From positions 21,653,520-21,717,519 of the forward strand of contig MU055600.1 in the NCBI GenBank assembly GCA_013239625.1: DNA of 64,000 bases, read 5' to 3'. The notes under the pieces were generated by a model, which was not told where the DNA came from, did not search any database, and saw only the letters and a list, made by a program, of their open reading frames with translations. Shown in pieces: positions 13,145 through 25,949 of this stretch; the first letter of the stretch is position 1; every line of letters starts with the position of its first letter. The position numbers and the translations under genes are program-made. The stretch comes from Lama guanicoe (Eukaryota).

Positions 13145-13637
13145 CTGAAACAAGTGAGACGGTGGCCCATCAGACGGCGACGTCCAGCTGTCGTGTCGTG
13201 TTCGTCCCCCAAGTACGGAAAGCAGGTCACTCGAAACGTGTGCACAAGCACGGACGTCCCATCCGAAGGCGCCACCGGCCCCGCCGCGGGGACGGCCGAG
13301 AGGGAGGCGCTGCCAGGCGGCGAGCTCACCCGCGCCGCTAATCTCCGCTCGGAGGCCGGGCCGGACGCCGAGCGGTGCCAGGCGCTCCGCACTCCGCGCG
13401 CCGGGCCCGCGAGGCCTGCCGGGAAGGGACGGATGCCCGGGGACAGAGCCAGCCGCGGAGGACGCCGCGCCGCGCGTGGCCAGGCCCGAGCCGCCCGCCC
13501 GCGGCCCACGGAGGGGAGCCCGCCCCGCTGCCCACCGCCCCGCGCCGCGCGGCTCCGGCCGGAAGCGCCTGACCGGACGCCCGCGCTGAGGGACCGCTGC
13601 CCGCAGGCCGCCCGCCCCGCCGCAGGCCCGCACTCAC

Positions 13638-13709
13638 CGTGACGGTCACCTCATCATCGTGCAGGATAAGGGCCGAGTAGATACAGGCGAGCTCGGAGAC
13701 AGAGGCCAT
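13638..13709 (-). CDS. RPLP1: RPLP1 coding exon 1 (72 nt)
   Basis: ATG at 13709 in GCGCCATGG context; MASVSELACIYSALILHDDEVTVT; donor ACG|GTGAGT. Confidence 0.97.
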
Positions 13710-13828
13710 GGCGCGGGAGAGCTCCAGGCGGGCGCTGCCGGGCGCGGTGCTAGTCGCCGGATGAAGTGAGGGCCTCACCCCAACGCGGCCTTAGCTCCCT
13801 CGGAAGAACCGAGCACCTTGGCGGCAGC

Positions 13829-13965
13829 TGAGGAAAAAGAACGCCGTGCCTGCGCGCAGCCTCTTATATGAGTCACGCGGACCAATCGGCGTCCGCGCTT
13901 GCCGGAAGAGGCGGGACGCGCTTGCGGAAGGGACGGGGCTAGCAGTCGTACCTGCCGGAAGAGGC
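13829..13965 (-). promoter_or_regulatory. RPLP1 core promoter: 5'TOP/TCT initiator, TATA-like box, AP-1, CCAAT and ETS/GABP sites
   Basis: Minus strand reads TCTTTTTCCTCAGC from 13840 (TOP tract); TATAAG at 13868-13863 (about -30); TGAGTCA 13869-13875; CCAAT 13882-13886; CCGGAAG at 13902 and 13955. Confidence 0.88.
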
Positions 13966-14699
13966 GGAGCTAGAAACGCCGCGCCGACCCACGGGGGCGC
14001 CTGCGCACAGCGGGCAGTGCGCTCGTTTGCTGGCTCGCAGAGCTGCCGGTGGTGCAGGTGCTAGCTGCGTGGTGTGTGACGGCTCAGGGCCCGTGAGCAG
14101 TGAAGATGCTGTAGGAGCGTTGCCTCGGCAAGCAGGCGTCCTCCCACCTGCTGTCGCCGTGGGACTCTAGGCAGTTACTTGGTGACGCCACCCCCGGCAG
14201 GCGGTGGCGTGTAGAGGCAAGCCCCGCACCCGGCTGCGCGGGTTCCCTGAACGCTCACAGCGCGAGAGGTGAGCACGTCTTCATCTTGTGGGGCAAGACG
14301 ACGTGCAGCCCAGGCAGAGAACGAAGGTGTAGCCCAGGTGAGTGGCCTCGATCCCGCAGTTCCCGCGGGCGCAGCCTGGGTGTGCGTCTAGGAAGGTACC
14401 CAGTGCTTCGAGCTTGGGTCGCAGAGACGGATGGGCTTGGGGTTTATGAGTAAATGTTGTCCTTTCTTTTTCGCAAAGTATCAGAGATAATATTAGGAAT
14501 ATAAGGGAGCTTTCTACTTCAGCTTTATTTTATATAAGGGACCCCGTGATTGGGTGGAAATGTCTTAAGACCGCACTTGTGATGTTAAAAGACCTCTTAA
14601 TGCAGCTGTTGTCTGGCGAGGTGCTGTATTGCCATTTTGTGTCCTTTGAAGCTAAAAAAAAAAAAACAACTGGTGGAGGGTTCATACAATATTTCTTTA

Positions 14700-16510
14700 A
14701 ATTTCTTTAAAATTGAAGTATGATTAATTGATTAGTTTCAGGTGTACAACATAATGATTTGATATTAGTTCATGCTGGGAAGTGATCGCCACATAAGTCT
14801 ACTTAACGACCATCACCATACATAAAAAGCAGATTTTTTTCTTGTGCTGAGGACTTTTAAGGTCTAGTCTCTCAGCAACTTTTAAATATGCAATGCAATA
14901 TTATTAACCGTTGTCATCATGCGGTACATCACATCACCATGATTTATTTATAACTGAAAGTCTGTAGCTTTTGATCCTCTTCACCAATTTCACTCACATC
15001 CTCCCCCCCCTCTTCTCCCGCCACGGTCAACCACCAGCCTTTTCTGTATCTATGAGCTTGTTTGGGTTTTTTGTTTGTTTGGTTCGTTTTTTTCGGATTC
15101 CACGTATAATGAACTCCTACTGTATTTGTCTATCTCTGTCTGACTTATTTCACTTAGTATAATGCCCTCGAAGTCCATCTATGTGGTCTCAAATGGCAAG
15201 AGTTCGTTCTTTTTTATGACTGAATAGTATTCCACCACAGTTTCTTTATCCATTCACCTGTTGGTGGACACTTAGGTTGTTTCTGTGTCTTGACTGTTGT
15301 AAATAATGCTGCAGTGAACATTGGGGTGCAGGGATCTTTTCAAGTTAGTGTTTTTGTTGTCTTTGGTAAACATCCAGAAGTGGAATTTCTGGATCTTACC
15401 GTAGTTCTACTTTTAGTTTTTTGAAAAAGCTCAGTACTGTTTTCCATAGTGCTGGCACCAACTTACATTCCCACCAACAGTGCACAAGGGTACCCGTTTC
15501 TCCACATAATCACCAACACTTATCCCTTCTTGATGGTAGCCATTCTGACAGGTGTGAAGAGGTGTCTCATTGTGGTTTTGACTTGCCTTTCCCTGACGGT
15601 TAGTGATGCTGAACACCTTTTCATGTAGCTGCTGGCCATCTGTATGTCTTCTTTGGAAAAATGTCTATTCAGATCTGCCGATTTTTTTAATCTGATTTTT
15701 TAGGGTTTGTTTTGTTTTTTGTTTGTTTTGTTTGCTATTGAGTTGTATGTAGGAGTTTGTTGTATATTTTGGACATTAACTTCTCGGATGTATGATTCAC
15801 AAATCCCTTCTCCTGTTTGGTAGGTTGTCCCTTCACTGGGTGGACGGTTCCCTTTGCTGCACAGAAGCTTTTTAGTTTGATGCCGTCCCACTTACTTGTT
15901 TTTGTTTCTGTTGCCTTTGCTTTTGGAATCAGGTCCAAAAAATCATCACCAAGACCTATGGCAGGGAGCTTACCAGCTATGATGTCTTCTAGGAGTTTTA
16001 TGGTTTCAGGCCTTACATTCAGATCTTTAATCCATTTTGAGTTTTTGTGTATGATAAAAGGTAGTGGTGTAGTTTCATTCTTTTGCCTGTGGCTGTCCAG
16101 TTTCCCAACAGCATTTATTGAAGAGATTGTCCGTTGTGCATACTTGGCTCTTTTGTCGTAAGTTAATTGACCATATGTGCATGAGTTTGTCTCTGGGCTC
16201 TGTTCTATTCCAGTGATCTATGTGTGCGTTTTTATGCCGTACCATACTGTTTGATTACTACAGCTTTGTAATATAGTTTGAGATTAGGGCGCTTCTCAAG
16301 ATTACTTTGGCTTTCCGTGGTCTGTTTTGGTTCCGTGTAAATTTAGGGATTGTTCTGGTTCTGTGAAAAATGGCATTGGAACTGTGACGGGGGTTGCACT
16401 GAATCTGTAGATTGCTTTGGATAATACGGACATTTTAACCGTGTTCTTCCAGTCGTGAACGTGGAATATCTTTCCATTTATTTGGATCTTCAGTTTCTTT
16501 CATCAGTGTC
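14700..16510 (-). mobile_element. 5'-truncated LINE-1 (ORF2 3' part plus 3' UTR), degenerate
   Basis: ORF2-like peptides ([36 protein letters not shown]) and typical L1 3' UTR text. Confidence 0.9.
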
Positions 16511-17099
16511 TTAACTTCCTTACTTCTGATACTTCAAATTGTCTGCACCTCTTGTGTTCTCACTTATTACATATCTGAAACTTTAATTCTAACCATCAAA
16601 GATGGTCATCTTTACGTTGCATCAGCTATTTCCCTCTTGGAATTTGTGTAGTTTCCTGGAAAGGCAGTTCAGTTTTGTTTCTTTTCCCTCCAGGAACCTG
16701 CTTTATTTGGTCACCGCCATCATCTGATGATCGCCCTGACCTGACGTTTCCATTGGGATTCCCCACGTTAGAGCCCCCTTGGATCCACCTTAGCCGCAAA
16801 TATAAACAGATCTTAACATCCCAAATGTTTTAAAAAGCTTTGAGAAAACTATCAAGCTTTCTAAAAATAAAACTTGTTTTGAGCTTTCATCCAAATCTAG
16901 GAAGCAATTATAGTGGAATTTGGGCAGAAGAAAAGGTAAAGCTATTGAAAAATTCAAACATTTCCACAGTCAGAATGAGTCAATCAAAACACACTTCCCC
17001 AGCCAGCGTACTTAACAAAAAACTGATCTAGTGAATATAAAACATATCAACACACAATAAAACAAAGTCTTGCCCATTTTAAACTATATTAATAAATAC

Positions 17100-19150
17100 T
17101 TTTTAAATTAAATTAATATTTTGTTACCCCAATTGTTTTACAACTGTAGGAACAAATCCTAAACCTTAGACTGCAAGGAAGGTAAATTATAGGCTCTTCT
17201 CACTTATGAATGTAAATATAAAATCTAAAATAAAACATTAAGATCAATCATATCTCAATAAAGCTGGGGGCGGGGAAACCCAAAAGATTAATGAACTGAT
17301 TCTGTACTGTATATAAAAATCTGGCACATCATGACTGAACGGGATAGTTCAACATAATGAAACTTATTAAAAATAATTCATTAACAAAGAGGAAAATCCA
17401 CGAGGACATTTTATAGGTTAAAAAATCTACTTGAGTAAAGCAAGTAACCATTCACATAGATCCTAGGAAATTGGAATAGAAGGTGACGTCCATCTCCCGA
17501 TAAGGTGTCTGCCAGAAATCTACTGCAAACATCACACTTAACGGGGAAACTTCGGGAACACACTCGTTAAACTCAGGGACAGACAAGGATGCCCCCTTTC
17601 TCTGCTTCTGTTTCAATGACTATTTGAGAGTTTGGCCATCTCCATAAGACAAGGAAAGGTATGAAAATTGGAAAGGTGTCGACGTCATTGCTCATAGATG
17701 ATATACACTTGTTTACCCGGAGCTCCAAGAGGGTCCGTAGACAAGCAGTTCAGACCAGTAAGTGGTTTGGCGAGACAGCTCACGCCAACACTGGTGCACG
17801 GAACCCAGCAGCATTCGTTGCTCAGTAAAAGTCAATTCGAAGATGCAGTATTAAAAAACATACCTCATACGATAGCCGTAAAAGTCATACGGTTTCTAGG
17901 AATAAATCTTAACAAGATGTGCATGACCGTTATTTTTTAAATTATGAAATTTTATGGAACATCAAAGGCAACCTAAATAGAGTGATGAACCGTATTCGCA
18001 GATGGAAAGCTCTTCCAGTGGGTAATTCTCTCCAGATTATGTAAGTTTAATCAAAATTCCATTTCAGTGGAATTTGACAAACTGACCTTGAATTTTAATG
18101 GAAGGGTCAAAGGTCAGTAATAACCAAGGAAACTGTTATAAGGGGGCACGTACTGCAGTGTAAATCCCACTGAGAGCGCGGACTTCGGTTTGCCGCTGCG
18201 CTTGTTCCTGGCACATAGGAGGCACTCAGGTAAGCCCGCAGGGAATGAATTAAAAGTACTACCGACATACACACAGGTCAGCAGACCAGAAGGGGGAACC
18301 CCTTCTGTGAGCGGGAAGGCGGCGAGGTCAGAGGCTGGCGTTGTGAATGGGAAGGGGAGGTTGGGGGAAGAGCACCTTTTCAGAAAAGCCGCAGTGCATG
18401 TGGGGGTGGGGAGAGACTGTTTGTTTCCCTCCTCACTCCGTACATAATGTGAAAAGCAAAACTCCAAATAAAAATTTAGAGGAAAACATAGGCTTTTGTA
18501 TGACTGTGTGTGAAATCTTTCTTAAATTATTACTTTAGTATCGGAACACCATTGAATTTTGGATACTGATCTTTCATCTAGCAACCTGGTTGTTTTCTTT
18601 GTTTTGGGGGGGTAATTAGGTTGGTTGGTTTATTTGTTTATTTAACGAAGGTACTGGGGATTGAACCCATGACCTCAAGCACGCACTCTACCACTGAGCT
18701 ATACCGTCCTCACCCCAAAAATTTCTTCAGGCACAAAACATAAAGATTGATTGTTCGATTACATTAAAACTGAAAACTACAAGCCGAAGGTCTGGAAACC
18801 CGTCACAGCCACGAGGAGCCTAGGGAAGCACCGTGACTAAGTGTAATATGGGTCCTGCGTGGGATTCGGGGGAAGACAAAAGACATTAGGTAAAAACTAA
18901 GGAAGTCTAAATATAATACAGGCTTCAGTCACTGACAATGTATCAGCATTGGTTTAGGAGCTGTAACAAACGCACTGCTGTATTAAAAACAGGGGCAAAC
19001 AGCTGTGAGATATGTGGGAGCTCTGTACTTTCCTCAATTTTTCTGTAAGTCTTAAACTATTCTAAAAATAAAGTTAATTTTTTAAAATACCATACACAAC
19101 TTGGGGGAAAAGTCAGACTGTGAGAAGACACGAGGTCCACAGTTGCCGCA
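17100..19150 (+). mobile_element. Old, highly degenerate L1M fragment(s), interrupted by a SINE
   Basis: ORF2-like motifs agacaaggatgcccc, ctaggaataaatcttaacaag, aaatttagaggaaaacatagg; 3'-UTR-like end near 19080. Confidence 0.7.
18592..18716 (-). mobile_element. tRNA-derived SINE, camelid Vic-1 type
   Basis: Minus strand: GGTATAGCTCAGTGGTAGAGTGCGTGCTT (A box) ... GGGTTCAATCCCCAGTACC (B box), then AT-rich tail and CCTAATTACCCCCCC. Confidence 0.85.
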
Positions 19151-20124
19151 GGATATAGAGTCCTGCAGATCAGTAAGGGCAGGGCAGCGCCTGGCCCTGT
19201 TCTGCAGAACACCAGGAGTTACCAGCTGAGGCTGACCAGGGGTAAGAAAGTTTAGTTAAACTACGGAAATGAGACCCAGCCATCAGCACAGTGGCTGAAA
19301 GCTTCGATGTCAGACTAGGGCTTGAATGTCGGCTTTACCGTTTGTGATTTGGGGGGTCCTAGAACATGTCATTAACTCTCGATCTGTTTCTTCTGTAAAT
19401 TATAAGTAACATCTTTACAGCACATCAGAGACTGAGCACCCAGTTAACCACAGCTGTTTCTCATAGCTGTTTAGGATGACCTGTTAAGCAAAGCATCAGT
19501 GGTCCACGCATTTCCCTTTATTTTGTGTAGTTCAGGGACTTAGTGGATTCAGCATCACTGTTACTGCAGACAGCTTCCAGTAAAAACTTCCTATTAAGAT
19601 GTATTTTCAAAAGACTGAATAATAGGCCATTTTAAGAGTTTAAAATACAGTCAGGAAACAGAAATGCTAAATACAGCAGCGTCCATGGAAGGAGGGGCTC
19701 CGCAGCTTCCCAGAAGCGTGCTGCTTGCTGCCGTGCTGCTAGTGACACAGTGGGCTTCGTCTGTGTCCTTAACCCTTCAATCTGCCTTTGGCCAGAACTA
19801 AAATCACACTGCACTACTACTTAAAAAAAGATTGCCATTTTAGTTTTTAAAAAAAACAGTTCAACCTCAAAAAAAAAAAACAACTAACTTAATCAGAGAA
19901 TGTCTATTCACCCAGACACGAATGGGTATTTTGCCATGATGTTCAATAATACCTTTTGTAATTTATTTTGTCCCCAAACCATGTGTTTTATTTAAATGTC
20001 TAGAAGACCATACTTAATACATAGACTTTATGGTTGTCACACACACAAAAGACATTGTCAATTTAATGTCAAATTATTTTATATTTTCTATTGCTTGCTT
20101 TTTTTTTTTTTTACAATTGCAAAA

Positions 20125-23100
20125 ACTTACTTTCCATTTTTTACTGAAGTGTGTTTGAGGTGTAACGTGTAAGGTTAAGGAATACAGCACCTTATGGTGC
20201 ACGACTTGATAGTTTATATGCTGTACTGTGGTTGTCGTTGCAGTCATTAGCGCCCATGTCGCATTTCCTAATTCTTTCCTTTTAGTAGTTGGAATAACCA
20301 AGTTTAGTCTCAGCAGGCTTGGTGTCTGTAATGCAGCTCTGTCCCATGTCCGTGTGCTGAGCAGCGTACCTCCAGGGCTTACCTACACTTGTTGTGAGCA
20401 GTGAGCTTCCATGCATCCTGTCCCCTCACCTCCTGTCCCCAAGTAACCACCATTTTATTCTCTATTTTTGCCAGTTTGACTTTTAGAAATTCCACATGTA
20501 ACGTACACTGGACGGCACCTGTCTGACTTACCTCACTTAGCATAATGCGCTGAAGGTCCACCCGGGTTGTCTCAAGTGGCAGGATTTTACCTTTTCATGG
20601 CTGAATAATATTCCACTGTGATCATATATAACACATTTTCTTAGTTCATTCATTCGTTGGTGGACACTTAGGTTGTTTCCATGTCTTGGATAAATAATGC
20701 TGCAGGGAGTGTGGGCGTGCAGGCATCTTTTCAAGGCAGTGTTCTCATGGTCCTCGGGTAAGTGCCTGCAGGTGCTTGAGTGTTGTTCATGCTAGAAGCC
20801 TGGGTCATATGGCAGCTCTTTCAATTTCTTGAGGAACCTCTATACTGTTTTCCATGGTGCCTGCACCACTTTATGTCCCCACCAACAGCACATAACTGTT
20901 CCCTTCACATCCTTGCCAGCGCTTATCTCTCGTCTCCCTGGTAACAGCCATTCTTGACAGGTGGGAGGTGACAGTGGTTTTGATTTGCATTTCCCAGGTG
21001 ATTAGTGATGGTGAGCATCTCTTTATGTGCCCACTGGCCATTTGAGTGTCATCTTTGGAGGAAGGTCTGTTTAGTTCTACTCTTTTAATTGGACTGTTTT
21101 CTTTTCGGCTATTGAGTTGTATGAGTTTTTCTTTAGTATTTTGGATATCAACCCTTTGATGCCTGATTTGCCAAAACTTTCTCATTCTGTAGGTTGGCTT
21201 TTCGTTTTGTTAGCTGTTCCTTTGCTGTGCAGAAGCTTTTGAGTTTGATGTAGTCCCATTTGTTGACTTTGCTTTTGTTGTGTTTTTGTTGTCACATCCA
21301 AAAGAAAATCACTGCCAAAACCAATGCTGAGGTTTCTTCCATATGTTTGCTTCTGGGGGTTTTACAGTGCCAGGTTTTGTGTCTGGGGCTTTGATCCGTT
21401 TTGAGTTAATTTTTAATCAGCGTGATACACTTAATCAGCTTTACAGACTTGCTTAGTATATGTTAGTGATTTGATGTTGGGTGTGTGTATTTACAGTTGT
21501 CGTATCTTCTCGATGTAGTGACTCTTTTATTGTTATAGAAAGGCCTTCTTTGTCTCACTTTATTGGCTTGAAGTCTGTCTTGTCTGACAGGAGTATGGCT
21601 GCACCCACTTTCCGTTGGTTTCACGTGCACAGACCAGCCTCTTCCATCTTCACTTGGAGCCTGTGTCAGCGGAAGTGAACTTTCCGCACGCAGCACATAG
21701 CTGCGTCCTGCTTCTCTACCCATCCAGCCACTCTTTGCCTTTCGAGTGGTGAGTCCATTCCATCTGTATTTGCAGTGATTGTTAGCATGTACGACTTAAC
21801 CTTGGCCGTCTTATCGGTCGCCTTCTGGCAATTTGTTACCTCCTTCCTTTGTCTGTTTCTGTCCACCTTGGCAAAGTGGTGGTTTCCCAGTGATTTGCTC
21901 AGTCCCCCCACCCCCCCCTTTTTTTTTTTTACTGTTCCGTGACTCCAGGCTTACTTTGTGGTTGCCGTGTGGCTCACACCATGCACCTCACGGGTACAGT
22001 GACCCTTTTCCATGCTGATAGCGCCGTGTTTTCATTCGCCGGTGTACTCCTCCCCTGTCATGTTTCTGATGTCACAGTTTACCTTTTTTATGCTGTGAGC
22101 TTGTTGAGAAATTACAGTAGCTACAGTTACTTTTAATATTCTTTTCCTTAAGCTTTTACCCTATAATTAACTCCATTCTAATACAGTTACAGTTTTCTAA
22201 TTTTTTTTTTTTGCCATAGCTAGAGTATTGTGTACTTTCATCTGTTTTTATGTCGTTAATTAGCATCCTTCCATTTGGGGTGGACCCTTCAGCGTCTCCT
22301 GCCAGGCAGGTCTGCTGGTGGGGAACTCCCTCAGGTTTTATTTCCCCTTCGTAACTGGAGGGCAGCTCTGCTGGGTCAGGTGTTCTTGGCTGGCCACGTT
22401 TGTCTGTCAGCACTTTGAGTGTGTCATCCTGCTGTCTCCTGGCCTGTAGACTGTAGAGTTCCTGCTGAGAATCCCACGGAGAGCCTTGTGAGGGCTCCTT
22501 TGGCGGTGCCGTCCTCCCCTCCCCTGCCCGCTGGCTGCCTTGGAGACTGTTTGCCGTTGACTTCTGACAGTTCTTTGCAGTGTGCCTGGGAGGTCTGTGT
22601 GCACCGAGGTAACAGGATGTTCTGTTAGCTCCTTGGCCTCGGCTGCCCAGCTCCCCCCGCCCCCGGGCCTGGGAGGCTCTCAGCTGCTCTGTCTTCAGTG
22701 CGCGCTCCCCGCTCCTTCTGGTAGACCCTTATTCTGATAACTTGTTTGTCTCCTCGTCTTTGCGGCCTCTTATAAGAGGGCTTGTCCATTGTTTAAAAAT
22801 CCCAGTTCTCTCCTCCAGCATCATTGCTAAATTCCTGCCCTCCACGTCGCTCATTCCTTCTTAGGCCGTTTCTTCATTTCATTGACTTCTTCAGCTCCAG
22901 AATGTCTTTTTTTTTTTTTTTTTAATTTGTTTGGTAAGGAGAACCTTCTGTTCAGTAATTTTATTCCTAAGTTCACGGAATTGCCTTTCTGAGTTTTCTT
23001 GTGGCTCATCAAATCTCCTTGTGACAAATGTTTTTCATTCTTTACCAGATTGCAGTATTCTGTGACTTTGTGCACCCAGGTATTTCGGTGTGATTGCCGG

Positions 23101-23760
23101 GGCGCAGCGCCCTCTGCCGATGCATCTGAAGTAGGCGTCGTATTAGTCGTTTGCTGTCACAGCAGGAACCTTTCTTTTGTTCTCCAGAAGGTGGCGCCGT
23201 GGCTCACGTCTCGGTTTCTCCACCTGCGCTGTCGCAGGTGCCCCAGAGAGCACCTGTGAGAAGGCTGGCCGCGGGATGCGGGGATGCAGGGTACGGCTTG
23301 GCCCCTGCGGCCTGGCAGGGGGATCCGCCTCGGTTATCCCCGGAGGGTCGTGCACGGCCCTCCTGCTGAAATCCAGGGCAGGCAGCAGGGGACCAGACCC
23401 TCCACGCCCTCAGCCCTTGTCTACCTCGCCTCTTCCCCTCCTTCCCGGCAGGCCAGGTCCCCGCTGCCGGAGAGGCCTCGCGGCGTGTGGTCAGCCGGTC
23501 ACTTTAGACCGGGGTGCCTGGGTCCCCCGTCGGGCTGGCCGGACCCGCAGGTGTTCCCTCTCCCCACCCACCCCACTTTGCACTCCCCTCTGCCTTCCTC
23601 CCAGGTCCTGCCCACCTACTTCTGAAGCACCTCTCGGGGGAAATCTTTGGATGTTCTGGTGTCATGGAGAGACGCTTCTGTTCAGTTAAGAATGACTAAT
23701 TAGTTGTAAATAAAAGGGGAGAGAAAAAGAACTCACTGCCATGAAGCTGACATCACCCAC
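20125..23760 (-). mobile_element. LINE-1 retaining 5' UTR, ORF1, endonuclease start, ORF2 C-terminus and 3' UTR, with a large internal ORF2 deletion
   Basis: EN-like ITANTDGMDSPLERQRVAGWVEKQDAAMCCV; ORF1-like GQPRTPDPAELPSSYEGEIK; C-terminal MASGHIKRCSPSLITWEMQIKTT; junction at about 21415-21470. Confidence 0.85.
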
Positions 23761-24082
23761 TACTTTTATCTACATATAAGTTAAGAATATCAGTAATTAA
23801 AATTTTTCATACCTGAGAATTTTTGAAGTACCGCTCTTGAAGCCCTAAGTCAATTGAATGAAGTAAAAGGAAGATTCCAGGTCAGGCACACATAGGAAAG
23901 ACAGACTGGCCGGGGCGTGGCACACCGAGCCGTGCTGGGCTTGGGGGGGGGGTCCGGTTCTCAGCAGGGGCGCAGCCGCACCCACGCGCTGGAGCGGATC
24001 CCCCGTGACAGCGGCCCGGAGCAGGGCCAGCTGCGTGTTACATTACATTACATTACGTGCAGCTTTGTATTTCTTAGTGCTT

Positions 24083-24088
24083 TTTATT
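24083..24088 (-). terminator. Probable KIF23 polyadenylation signal (3' UTR about 580 nt)
   Basis: AATAAA on the minus strand about 560 nt after the stop. Confidence 0.7.
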
Positions 24089-24644
24089 TCAATCCCTTTG
24101 CGTATCTAAATGTCAGAAGTACATACATACAAAATCCAAACCAACTTCCTAAAATGGTTCTAGTATCGGCCGGTCTGACAGCTTTTGGAAGTTTGAATTG
24201 TCAAGGGGCTAAAGTGCATTCTTGCAGCCAATCAGTAGCAGCTTTTCTTTGTTTGTTTATAAACCTTAACGTTCAGGCAGGAAGTGGAAAAGGCACAGTG
24301 AAAAGCGTGATCCAGACGCCTTCTTCCTTAATCACTCAAGGCAGACACGCGCACGCATTAGCTCATAGGTACGTAATACACCAAAAATCAGCATTATAAA
24401 AAAGTTCATACGGCAAGGAGAAGAGGGTCTTTCTGTGCTATTAATATTTTAAATATGGAAAGGCATGTAATGGAGTTTGTAGAATCCTAGGCATCTTTGG
24501 AGCCGTGGGGCATCTTTGCTGTGGGCCCGTGCACCATGCGTCTGAGGTCTGTGATGTTCAGCGAAGCTGGAGTTCTGCACCACCACTCGGGAGCAATCAC
24601 CAACACAGACCGAAGTGTTCTTTCATCATTGAGCCTTGGTCAGC

Positions 24645-24660
24645 TCATGGCTTCTTGCGC
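24645..24660 (-). CDS. KIF23: KIF23 last coding exon
   Basis: tttag|G CGC AAG AAG CCA TGA (RKKP*). Confidence 0.93.
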
Positions 24661-25260
24661 CTAAAACGTGCAAACCAGCATTTAGGGTTGAATCTCTAGG
24701 AGGCTTTACGACAGTCCCTGTTGATAGTGGGAAAAGTTAAAGTCCTTCCAAGAAATTTATAAAATACGCTTATCTGGCATTAAACTTAGAAAGCAGGACT
24801 TGCCATCTTTACCCTGTTGGGCTGGTTTTCTACATTGCCTAGGGAAAACCTGTTAAAACGGGACACATGGGCTTGTACAGGTAAATATTTGAAAGAAGGG
24901 GTTTTACTAACATGGACGAAGAATGGGCCAGACTCTCGGGTGTGTGATCAATAGAAGAGGGACGTGTGCCTCCTGTCCCTACCGTAGATTCCACCATTCC
25001 ACTCTATTTTAGCGGACATTTACTGCTGTATTAAGAGGCAAGTTAGGAAAGAATGAACTGCAGGCTTCAGACCCCCTCCCTGTAAGTGACCCCAGTTCAG
25101 CCTCTCAAAGCCTTGAGCAGTGGCAGCAGGAGCAAGGGCTCTTCCAGCGCTAAGTGCGCTTCCCCGGCCTCTGGGCTCTGGGCACTGCCGCTGTCTGCCG
25201 GGGTGGGGGAGGGGGTGCGGGAAAACACGCAGAGAAAGGTGGCAGCCGCTCAGTACTCAC

Positions 25261-25331
25261 TTGGGCTGTGCGTGGTGCTGGTACCCGGGCCCTAGCTGAG
25301 ATCCTGCTCTCATCTCCACAGCCACAGAGCA
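25261..25331 (-). CDS. KIF23: KIF23 exon 23
   Basis: [23 protein letters not shown](K). Confidence 0.95.
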
Positions 25332-25949
25332 CTGAGGAAGATCACAGGAGGGGGAGTCAGCTCCTCAGCAGCCTGTAAAGCCCAGGTCTGCCCGGACAGT
25401 CACCCAAGGCGAGATCCAACACTGTTCTCCAGCCCAGCACGCCTGTGTTAACCCACCTAGTTAATAACCCACCTACTTAAAATACCGATCAGGCGCTCTC
25501 GGGTCACGTGTCATAGCCACAGAAACAGAGAAGGGGCTTCAGAGGTGGTCCAGGTAAACCTCATTCTCCGTGAGGAGTGCACGAGAACGTCCGGGGCGAA
25601 GGCCCCGCTTGGCCTCCTGCCCCCCCTTCCCAGGCTCTTCCTCGGAGCCTCTCCTCAGGAGTAACCGTTCCACAGGGAACTTGGCTTCTGAGAAGATCCC
25701 CATCAGTTTGATGTGAGTTCTTGTTCTTCTAGGGTGAAGCCCTCGGACTTGGCTCTGGGGCCCTACGCTCTGTGCTACAGAGAAGGGCGTGGAAGCGAAG
25801 AGCTCCAGGAAGACTAGCCCTAAAGAAACACAGCTACCTTCTCAGATTTGCTGGGACTCACTGGCCAAGAGATCAGACCTGAGCTGTTTCAGAGAGCACG
25901 AAAAGCTGCGGCTGCGGGGCTAGAACAGGCGTTCCCCAGTCCTACCTAC

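Larger units (their letters stand above)
11933..13709 (-). other. RPLP1: RPLP1 gene span (CDS join 13638-13709, 13070-13144, 11933-12130; 345 nt, 114 aa 60S acidic ribosomal protein P1)
   Basis: Spliced translation [67 protein letters not shown]...[29 protein letters not shown] introns; TOP promoter and polyA signal present. Confidence 0.98.
13170..14400. promoter_or_regulatory. CpG island over the RPLP1 promoter and intron 1
   Basis: Very high GC and CpG density by inspection. Confidence 0.85.

Noticed and set aside
12131..13637. Intronic snoRNA in RPLP1
   Set aside because: No convincing C/D box pair with terminal stem or H/ACA structure seen.
18640..18710. tRNA gene call for the SINE heads
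   Set aside because: Degenerate stems and SINE-type tails; these are retroposed copies, not tRNA genes.
20125..23760. 5'-inverted (twin-primed) L1
   Set aside because: Both halves are on the minus strand, so this is a deletion and not an inversion. A convincing TSD was not found either.
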